A stretch of 52,802 nt of DNA from Octopus bimaculoides (taxonomy: Eukaryota): NCBI RefSeq assembly GCF_001194135.2, contig NC_068987.1, forward strand, positions 17,497,028 through 17,549,829, written 5' to 3'. A program made the position numbers and the translations under genes. The number at the start of each line of letters is the position of its first letter. Position 1 is the first letter of the stretch. The notes under the pieces are model-generated. The model was not told the origin of the DNA. It saw only the letters and a program-made list of their open reading frames with translations, and searched no databases. Shown here one piece after another: positions 42,627-52,802 of the stretch.

Positions 42627-42892
42627 AGATTTACTCAATAGGAATCGCTTTATTTCGACAATACAGCCATTTTATGCTATATTTTAAGCAAAACGAAAAA
42701 TACGAATAAAAAAACATTTTTCGCTTTGCCGTAGCTATTTTAGCGGCGGTAAATCAGCGAGGAAGCCCATATATGGTTGACTGCTAAACGCGGCGTTCAG
42801 CGCTCCCTCAAAGTACAACAGAGTCTCTTATATGAGGAAATATTATGCTTGATTATGTAATCCACTATAGAACAAATTCAGAGGGTCAAGAT

Positions 42893-43111
42893 CGTTAGAC
42901 CCGGTTACCCGATTTCGTGGCGTGTATATCCCCCACCTGGACGGGACGCCAGTCCGTCGCAGGATTACTCATTTTTGCTAGCTGAGTGAACTGGAGCAGC
43001 GTGAAATAAAGTATTTTGCGCAATATCACAACGCGTCACCTGCTCAAAGAATCGAAACTACAATCTTATGACCATGAATCCAATACACCTAACAACTGAG
43101 AAACGCACCTC
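42893..43111 (-). mobile_element. SINE with B-type head and V-domain-like body (B4)
   Basis: Head module gctgagtgaactggagcagcgtgaaataaag as in B2/B3. The body reads cctgcgacggactggcgtcccgtccaggtgg on the minus strand. Confidence 0.8.
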
Positions 43112-44688
43112 TACTATAGTTCCTTAAAATAACGAATTTAACCTCGCCTAAAATGTCATTTCACATAGTTTTCCTCAGTCAGAGTTTGAACTCGGTTTTA
43201 ACAACTACAACAGCAAAAACAAAAAAATAACAACAACAAAAATAGACTCTGTATTTACAGGTTATTCACCGGTTAACCCTTTCCTTCGCGAAAGATGATC
43301 GTAACGAGGAATGGGCGTAATCAATTATATATAGATTTATGGATATGAAATGTAAATTGAGCGATGAACGTGTACAACAGGGATGTAATTTCAGTTGAGA
43401 GCAAGGAAGTATAATCCATCGTGGATTAGGTTACAAATAGCTACTGGCTTGATGGATCAGGTTAATTAAGCTATATAGTGAAATAAACGACATATGCGTA
43501 CATATGTATGCTTGTATGTATGTATGTATGTATGTATGTATGTGTGTGGGAGGGAGTGTATGACAGAGAACAATAGCTTTATAATTTCCAAATTAAACGA
43601 GGCGTGTATCAACTATTTAAGGCATGAATCTATGATTACATTCTCGAACGTGCACACACATATGTGTATGATTATATGTATATACATGTATATAGATATA
43701 CATATAGATACATTGATATGGATATATGTTTATATATGCATAGCACTGGATATATATATATATATATATATAGATAGATAGATAGATAGATATATATATA
43801 GATATCTCTCTCTCTCTCTCTCTCTCTCTCTNNNNNNNNNNNNNNNNNNNNNNNNNNNNNNNNNNNNNNNNNNNNNNNNNNNNNNNNNNNNNNNNNNNNN
43901 NNNNNNNNNNNNNNNNNNNNNNNNNNNNNNNNNNNNNNNNNNNNNNNNNNNNNNNNNNNNNNNNNNNNNNNNNNNNNNNNNNNNNNNNNNNNNNNNNNNN
44001 NNNNNNNNNNNNNNNNNNNNNNNNNNNNNNNNNNNNNNNNNNNNNNNNNNNNNNNNNNNNNNNNNNNNNNNNNNNNNNNNNNNNNNNNNNNNNNNNNNNN
44101 NNNNNNNNNNNNNNNNNNNNNNNATATATATATATATATATATATATATGTAGATATAGATATATATCTATATATAATCATAGATCCATGTGTTATATAG
44201 TTGGTACACGCCTCATTTAATTTGGAAATTACAATTTATTTCTCTCTGTCACATGCTCAGAATAACACTCACGCACGTCAGCAAATATAATCCGCAAATG
44301 TAACTAACCACCCCAATTCATACACCCACTAAAAGATACACATACACACACACTCACACATACGCAAGCACACACGCTCAGACTTCACTGTACAATTATA
44401 CATGCATATATACATATATAATCACTCAGATATTTTATATCATTTCAACATGACTAACATTACATTCAGTTTGTATAGATAACGGTATCTTTTCTATTAC
44501 TATCTCTTTCTTCTGTCGTTCTTTCAGTGATTATCTGATAAATATATATATATATATNNNNNNNNNNTATATATATATAGATATATATATATCCATACAT
44601 ACATACATACATCCATACATACATACATTCATACATACATACAAACACACAATATCCGTATGTGTTTAAACGAGCGCAGAACTCTCAC

Positions 44689-44761
44689 CTTATGTGAACT
44701 GATCCCGCTGACTTTAATGTAAATGTATATTTATGGAAAGGAGCGTGCGCCTTGCCTCTCA
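44689..44761 (-). CDS. Internal exon, 73 nt, phase 1-2
   Basis: aatacag|TGAGAGG...CACATAAG|gtgaga with frame RGKAHAPFHKYTFTLKSAGSVHI. Confidence 0.65.
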
Positions 44762-45111
44762 CTGTATTAAACATTATGATTTAATAAGTCGTGTTCATAT
44801 TTGTTTTTCGGTTCTAGTTCATTAGTGTTCAGATGGGTAATTCATAAAACATACGTTTAACAGGCACACTTCATTTGATAAGTATTTCCCCTGTTACCAA
44901 TATATAATTTAAAACCAAATACATATACAGACTGACACACATTCAAATATATGTATGTTTTTGATATATATATATATATGTCATTATTCAGTTTTATTTC
45001 AAGATTTCTTGCCAATAGAGAAAGAGCCAGTTTCTAACCGAGATCCAAATTTCTTTCATTGGAATTTCAATATCAACAATGAAATATTTTTGTATGTTTG
45101 TNNNNNNNNNN

Positions 45112-45482
45112 CGCAATGGCCCAGTGGTTAGGGCAGCGGACTCGCGGTCATAGGATCGCGGTTTCGATTCCCAGACCGAGCGTTGTGAGTGTTTATTGAG
45201 CGAAAACACCTAAAGCTCCACAAGGCTCCGGCAAGGGATGGTGGCGAATCTTGTGTACTCTTCCACCACAACTTTCTCTCACTCTTTCTTTCTGTTTCTG
45301 TTGTACCTGTATTTCAAAGGGCCAGCCTTGTCACACTGTGTCACGCTGAATATCGCCGAGAACTACGTTAAGGGTACACGTGTCTGTGGATTGCTCAGCC
45401 ACTTGCAAGTTAATTTCACGAGCAGGCTGTTCCGTTGATCGGATCGACTGGAACCCTCGACGTCGTAAGCGACGGAGAGCCA
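45112..45482 (+). mobile_element. SINE family B1, full length
   Basis: tRNA-like head tggcccagtggttagggcagcgg (A box)..ggtttcgattccc (B box), then body and tail ending gacggagagcca. Confidence 0.92.
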
Positions 45483-45575
45483 AAAACATATCTTTCAAAC
45501 TACGGAACTCAGTAAAAAGAGACTTAGTACGTAAGACGATTTTTCCTCGTAATTTTCTCACTTGATCTTAAATAA

Positions 45576-45791
45576 TCACTTCTAGTGCAGGCACAAGGCC
45601 TGAAATTTTAGCAGAAGGAGTTAGTCGATTACATCGACCCCAGTGTTTCACTAGTATTTCATCGACCGTGAAAAGGATGGAAGGCAAAGTCGACCTCGGC
45701 GAAATTTGAACGCAAAACGTAGCGACAAGTGAAATAATGATGAGTATTTCGTCCGGCATGCTAAAGATTCTATCAGCTCACTGCTTCGTTG
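45576..45791 (-). mobile_element. SINE family A with 12-bp target-site duplication
   Basis: gatcttaaataa at 45564-45575 and 45792-45803 brackets the element. Confidence 0.92.
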
Positions 45792-47559
45792 GATCTTAAA
45801 TAAAACACATAAAATACGGATTTCTGGTTATGTATCATAAGATTTAGATTTAAATCGCACTATATTTTCCTCCGCACTTCAATTTCTGAATAATGCGCTT
45901 TAATTTTATTCTGATTTGTTCAATAAACTCTTACTGTGAAAAGGTTAATTTTAACACATGTTAATGATAGAATTATTTACGGCTTTAAAGTTTTCTATTT
46001 TTAGATGTACTTCAATCTGAGACTACGAATATTTATTTAGAAATTGCACTGATTAAGCCATTAAGACTACACATGCATGTGGCAAAATAAACTCAAATCT
46101 AATTGAGTTATTAAATCATTTAAGAAGACTGTTTCAAAATAATTAGCAAAAGAAACAAATTTTAGGAATTCAAACCTAACCACGTTTACTAATTTAATTA
46201 CCTATTATTTATTTATAGTCATTTATTTATTTANNNNNNNNNNNNNNNNNNNNNNNNNNNNNNNNNNNNNNNNNNNNNNNNNNNNNNNNNNNNNNNNNNN
46301 NNNNNNNNNNNNNNNNNNNNNNNNNNNNNNNNNNNNNNNNNNNNNNNNNNNNNNNNNNNNNNNNNNNNNNNNNNNNNNNNNNNNNNNNNNNNNNATATAT
46401 ATATATATATATATATATTTATGTATTTCCTTGGTAGTTCATATCTTGTAAGCGGCACTGAATTGCCCTTCATGAAAGTCTGGAACTATGAATGACTTGA
46501 CTATGGCAACCTATGAAGATTTAACTCAGTAGCGTTCTAGAGGCGTGATGACTAATGTTATTTGCGGTATCTTGGAAGTTGATTTCTTAGCATCTAACTG
46601 CGATTATAGAATTAATTAGAAATCCTGTTTAAGTAGGCAGATGCTATTCGTAACTTGAATACGACATCTTCAATGTATGTATGTATGTGTATATGTATCA
46701 ATCGATGGTGAAGCAATTCGGTACAAATTGCTTTTCATTAAAATCATGAAACGGTAATATCCCTTACATCTATCATTTAGGAACGACGTTATGCGATCTA
46801 TGCATGTGTTGTGCAGTCAACCAGAAACAGCAATCAAGTGACCCTCAAATCAAACCTTGTCTTCTTCAAAAGGCAATATAGAACTTGATGATAAATAACT
46901 GGAATGCTCAAGAAGACATCACTTTTGAACATAGTTCTTCGCTATCAGAATGACAGGTGTTCTAACACTCGAAAATCTAAAACGCATTTTAGAAATGTTA
47001 TTCTTACAACTGAGAATTATAAAAATGTCTATAAAAGATGCGTGTGCGAGCCCTGCCGGTGGCTCTTGACTCTTTCAATCCAACAAGATTGTCCAAACTA
47101 ATAATTACATACATTTATTTAGAGGTTTAGATGTACTTTTAGAAGGCGTTGTTCCAACCAAACAGAAAAAAATTATTTCTCGAAAGTTTATAAATTCAGA
47201 ATTCATAAAGTAAAATGAAATCAGCTGATACTGTTCATAAATTATCTAGTTATATTATTTTTGGAAGTACCAATATGGCGTACCAACGTTTTCATGTGAC
47301 TGGTTTGATAATTGGTAAACCCAGCAAATGAAGTATAATNNNNNNNNNNNNNNNNNNNNNNNNNNNNNNNNNNNNNNNNNNNNNNNNNNNNNNNNNNNNN
47401 NNNNNNNNNNNNNNNNNNNNNNNNNNNNNNNNNNNNNNNNNNNNNNNNNNNNNNNNNNNNNNNNNNNNNNNNNNNNNNNNNNNNNNNNNNNNNNNNNNNN
47501 NNNNNNNNNNNNNNNNNNNNNNNNNNNNNNNNNNNNNNNNNNNNNNNNNNNNATATATC

Positions 47560-47728
47560 TGTAATGTTGATATAAAATCTGGTGGTCTCGAAGCAGTTGT
47601 CCATAGTCTTCCTCTTTCTTTTTGTTTTTCAAAGAGATACTCACAAAAATTGGACAGCTGACCTCTATGATGGTACACACATTTTCTTGTTTGTCCCAAA
47701 GAGCAATATTCACTCTGTTATGCTTGCA
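47560..47728 (-). pseudogene. Non-LTR retrotransposon fragment, restriction-like endonuclease (RLE) domain
   Basis: CKHNRVNIALWDKQENVCTIIEVSCPIFVSISLKNKKKEEDYGQLLRDHQILY resembles the HNRPDI..WD....C.IIE.SCP...K..KY..L region of R2/NeSL-type RLE elements; the catalytic PD is degraded. Confidence 0.75.
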
Positions 47729-48143
47729 CTAGACCAGGAGTTCCCTAGACGGGATCCATATGGCCACTGAAGCTTAATATAAGATTATTGGAGTGCACGC
47801 AGCAAAACAGTAAATTTGGGGATCCACTATAATATCTTAAGGGCCCCTGAAAAACATTGTTGAGGTCGGTCGCGTCTCTTCTTTTATGTTCTGTCCTGCC
47901 GACCAGTCAGTTAAGATTTTTTTTCCAGTTTCCTTGCACTAGCTTACTATACTCTTTTGACAGTCGAAAGACTCTGTTGTTTTGTTTTATTATTGTTGTA
48001 ATTGCATAATCATTTTCCTTTTGTTATATAGCAGAGATGTGCTTGTGCATTGTATATATATATATAATTCTATTTCATATTTTACGTTCGTCCGATAGTT
48101 ATTTACTTATTTGTTTTCGTATATGTACCTTCGTTTGTCTTAC

Positions 48144-48282
48144 CCAGCGGCTTAATGCTTTTAGCTTGAGTCCTTGGTCCAGCCGGCTTCGAGTAGTATC
48201 GGAGATAAGTGAGCGAAACTACGTCGACATTCCGGACTGAAGTGGCAATTGGCTGCGAATAATCCGTGTATCTTTTGTCCAT
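48144..48282 (-). CDS. Candidate first coding exon of the minus-strand gene
   Basis: ATG at 48282, frame MDKRYTDYSQPIATSVRNVDVVSLTYLRYYSKPAGPRTQAKSIKPL, strong donor CTGG|gtaaga (phase 1), inside a locally GC/CpG-rich patch. Confidence 0.45.
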
Positions 48283-51200
48283 TCTCCCGTATATTGTGGT
48301 TTGACGGTTTCTGTTTGTTGTGTTTTTCTGTTCTACCTTTGATTTATATACATATATACTGTACTTTTCGTTAAATTTCGAATAATTTAACCTTAGAATG
48401 TATAAGAAACATACATTGAGCACTGCCCTATAATTCCGCCACGTCTTTGAAACTATCCTCATTTCTAGAAGGTTCTCTGCTAGGTAGACACTTCATCATT
48501 TGCCGTTATTGAGGTACCTTTCTGGTCTCTACGGATGTTCATTTGAAGACCCGTGTTCATGTTCCTTTATTTAAGCGCATTAAGTTTTCTATGATGGCTA
48601 TTTTTATTTGTCTATTTGTTTGTTTGTATGGTAATATAGAATCTCTCGCCAAATGCTCAACTAATATATATCACAATAAGCAAGCAGAGCCAACATATCA
48701 GCTGGAAAAGATATGTTTGAAGTCATTATTTAGAAACAGCAATGTCGATAATTCTATTTGAAGTAAACACTCATTCGTTGACATCACTTCTCTTCGAGCT
48801 GCTATTCAATATAGAAATTTATTGATTCGATTTATTTAATGAGTTTATTGCTTCTTTCTTGTGATTTATGAACAGAAGTGATTGTACATGTAGTTACAGA
48901 GAGTATTTCTTCGATCGAGCGATTCATTATATTACGCCAGAATTTATTTAATAACGAAAATATAAACCTCAAGACTGCATGCTAATTTCCAGTTGGACAG
49001 TAATCTCTAGCATCGAATTGATTGCTTTTTATATTACATCTCCTCGAAACTAAATTGACTACTGGATTGTAAATAATTTAACCATTACACACAAGAGAAC
49101 GTTGATACACATTGAGGAATCTTTCTGGTGAGATAGCTAACAGAAATATATTGTGTGACCAATAATACTGCTATTTTATTGAAATATAATAGCACTTAAG
49201 GGTATGTTACATCAACAATAGAATCTGAATCCCCAAAGAGATTATACTGGACAGAAAATCAATCACTGAATTCACCAAAAAAGAACCTCTAATTTTATCT
49301 AAATAAGGTTGTGTTTCGAGGCAGTAAGATACTATCTTGCCCCTTATTATTTTCGCAATGTATCTAATTGTATTTGGTTTATTTCTAGACTTTGACAATG
49401 CCTTATTAATATCAGTCAATTTGCGTGTCTATATTTTCATATATGCCATTCTCCTTTTGTTTTCTGTTTGTGTAAGCATCGTTTACAATTTCCACGAATA
49501 CCAACTCACTCATTATATTCTAAACAAGAACATGATTAAACTGCTTTCAAACCTGGTCTATTCTCTAAACTGTCATAGAGCTTCCTTCGTGGCTGTAGAT
49601 AGCAAACAGGTAATCCTTAAGATCACACCGCATAGTTTCATAAATCATATCTTATGTATAATGACTATAGGAATACATCTCACACTTTTGTATTCCACGC
49701 TTAAGGTCTGAATGGAAAAAGAGAAAGAGGGTCAGGCTAAAGTGGTTTTCATGATGTGTCTGTACAGTTAGAGGCTACTTAGCGCTTAACAGTAATTACA
49801 AATAGTCTTTTATATATTTAAATTTAGTGACCTCTCCCTCCGTGAGTCGGACGAGTGCTGTACTGGCCAAAACCTCATAATCACTGTCAATAACATTCTT
49901 CTTTAGAATGTGTGTGCGTGTGTGAGTGCGTGCTTGTGTGTGTATGTTTCTTGTATACATGACCCTGATTGTTATTGCATAATCTAGATATATCAGAGTA
50001 AGTGATGATGTAGCTTGTTTGGTGTTCACTGAGTTTAGATTTTATTTGTATTTGGTGATGAGCCTTTTTTCTTTATGGGGAAATTTATGCAAAGAAATAA
50101 GATGATTTAATTTTGTTTCTTACGTAATATGAACACATTGGTAATCATTCTAATAACGTCATAGCTTTCCTTTATCGAACTGTCTTGGCAACTACCGCCT
50201 CCCGTCAATCATACTAAATTAGTAGAGGATATTTTCAAGATTCTACATTTTCCGCGTCAGCAATTCCTTCCAATCACAGAACGATATTTTTGCTTGAATG
50301 AAAGCCTATGTCTTATTCTAGAAATCATATGGCATGAGCTAATTACAGTCTATATCCGTCCTTCACTTTGACAAAGTGGCAGTAAGGGATGAGGGGAATT
50401 TTTTTTGAAGAAATAAATCCAAACCATATATTTACTTTAATATGCTTCACGTTTATGTTTTGATATCGTACAATGTGTTTAGCGAGTTACACTTACATAT
50501 GTATATATAAGTGTTAGCTTAATTGTTTATTCGAAATTTTGGCGTACCGAAATGTATTAATCATGCCTTGAAAAATATACTCGATGTTAAATATAGAATC
50601 AAAATAATGTCTTTTTTTCTATCAGTGTTGAATGATTACTTCAAAATCACACCATCAGCTTCTCAAATATACTTATGGGTTATACCAACATAGCGACTGT
50701 GTATGATTTGTATTCTTGGCATTATAAACCGTATGGCATTACGCTACGTTTTGGGGAATCATGGAGCCAGAACATACATTGTAGGAGATGCGGTCGGATT
50801 AGGCATAATGNNNNNNNNNNNNNNNNNNNNNNNNNNNNNNNNNNNNNNNNNNNNNNNNNNNNNNNNNNNNNNNNNNNNNNNNNNNNNNNNNNNNNNNNNN
50901 NNNNNNNNNNNNNNNNNNNNNNNNNNNNNNNNNNNNNNNNNNNNNNNNNNNNNNNNNNNNNNNNNNNNNNNNNNNNNNNNNNNNNNNNNNNNNNNNNNNN
51001 NNNNNNNNNNNNNNNNNNNNNNNNNNNNNNNNNNNNNNNNNNNNNNNNNNNNNNNNNNNNNNNNNNNNNNNNNNNNNNNNNNNNNNNNNNNNNNNNNNNN
51101 NNNNNNNNNNNNNNNNNNNNNNNNNNNNNNNNNNNNNNNNNNNNNNNNNNNNNNNNNNNNNNNNNNNNNNNNNNNNNNNNNNNNNNNNNNNNNNNNNNNN

Positions 51201-52095
51201 NNNNNNNNNNNNNNNNNNNNNNNNNNNNNNNNNNNNNNNNNNNNNNNNNNNNNNNNNNNNNNNNNNNNNNNNNNNNNNNNNNNNNNNNNNNNNNNNNNNN
51301 NNNNNNNNNNNNNNNNNNNNNNNNNNNNNNNNNNNNNNNNNNNNNNNNNNNNNNNNNNNNNNNNNNNNNNNNNNNNNNNNNNNNNNNNNNNNNNNNNNNN
51401 NNNNNNNNNNNNNNNNNNNNNNNNNNNNNNNNNNNNNNNNNNNNNNNNNNNNNNNNNNNNNNNNNNNNNNNNNNNNNNNNNNNNNNNNNNNNNNNNNNNN
51501 NNNNNNNNNNNNNNNNNNNNNNNNNNNNNNNNNNNNNNNNNNNNNNNNNNNNNNNNNNNNNNNNNNNNNNNNNNNNNNNNNNNNNNNNNNNNNNNNNNNN
51601 NNNNNNNNNNNNNNNNNNNNNNNNNNNNNNNNNNNNNNNNNNNNNNNNNNNNNNNNNNNNNNNNNNNNNNNNNNNNNNNNNNNNNNNNNNNNNNNNNNNN
51701 NNNNNNNNNNNNNNNNNNNNNNNNNNNNNNNNNNNNNNNNNNNNNNNNNNNNNNNNNNNNNNNNNNNNAACAAAGAATATAGGTGATACAGACACTCCCC
51801 ATACACACATGCACTTACAAAAGACAGACACATTGATGGACACGCATGCGTAGACACATACAATAGGAATACAAAATACAAAATGGCTGATAGTTAGCAA
51901 GGTGAGACACACATAAGAAAGAAGGAAACAAAGGACCACTGATGAGGTCACAGAAGTGTGACGAAAGAACTCTGGCCGAAATAAGATTAAGATTAAGATT
52001 AATGTAATATAAAGCTGAAAAAAAAAAAAATTAACACCAAATATACAGTGCGTGTGTTTTTATTGGCTAAACTGGCAATATGACCATCCCCAAGT

Positions 52096-52144
<49 letters not shown>

Positions 52145-52802
52145 CATGTATCAATATAAATAAATAAATAAATATATATATATATGATATATATGCATAT
52201 ATAAGTACACGTGTGTGTTTGCGTATACAAGTGTCGGTGAATGTATGTATGCACATAAAAATATCTGTGCATGCACGAATGTAATATTGGTTTTATAAAT
52301 CTACATGTGTTGAGTTTTATAGTTAATGTGCGGGCGCATATTATTTTTCTTAATATATCTAAGTGTATCTGCCTAAAATGGTGTGTACATTTCGATATAT
52401 CTTAGATAATATATTTCAAGTTTGAAAAAAAAAAATATTTATATTTCAGTTGCCATAGCTACATTACCAAAAGCTAAAGAATATTGCTGAGAAGAAAGAA
52501 ATCTATGCAATGTTGTTATAAGTAAAATTATGATTTACATTAGCACGATTCCTATCATTCTTTTACTTTACGTTTTAGAATTTAGTGTTTCTTTCGTTGC
52601 TTATATAATAACACATATCTAGAGATATCTAATGAGCTATTTTATATAAATTGATAAACTTTCCAGCTGAAAAGTTCGATGAATACCTGTGCATATGTTT
52701 GTATTGATTTGTTGTATAAGTGTGTATGTAGATACACACACTCACATACGCACAGATGCACACACCCGCATATGTATATGTATATGTATATGTGTATATA
52801 TA

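Noticed and set aside
45112-45190. tRNA gene
   Set aside because: A and B boxes are present but continue into a SINE body found several times in the window; no complete cloverleaf.
48686-48705. atatcagctgg similar to the miR-216/283 seed region
   Set aside because: The rest of the mature sequence does not match and no hairpin is evident.
49337-49711. 124-aa hydrophobic plus-strand ORF
   Set aside because: T-rich DNA readily gives hydrophobic frames; no motif or splice support.

Overview
AT-rich, microsatellite-dense animal genomic DNA with many N gaps. The SINE families and repeat style suggest an octopus (coleoid cephalopod) short-read assembly; this is an inference. There are no prokaryotic features, CRISPR arrays, rRNA or true tRNA genes, and most ORFs in the supplied track are artefacts of microsatellites or N runs. 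The main non-repeat content is a long-intron gene on the minus strand that the ORF track does not show as a gene. Its short exons have open frames and canonical splice sites (44689-44761, 37830-38000/38009, 36666-36809, 31454-31519, 30018-30149; candidates at 48144-48282 and 8871-9014). From memory and unverified, the joined peptide resembles the luminal region of the Drosophila CG2991-type membrane RING-CH (MARCH-like) protein. The rest is intron-like DNA with about 20 tRNA-derived SINE copies of modular design, four Tc1/mariner fossils, a Penelope-like RT fragment, an RLE-type non-LTR fragment, two fold-back MITE-like elements and many simple repeats. I found no convincing new biological system; the findings are leads.
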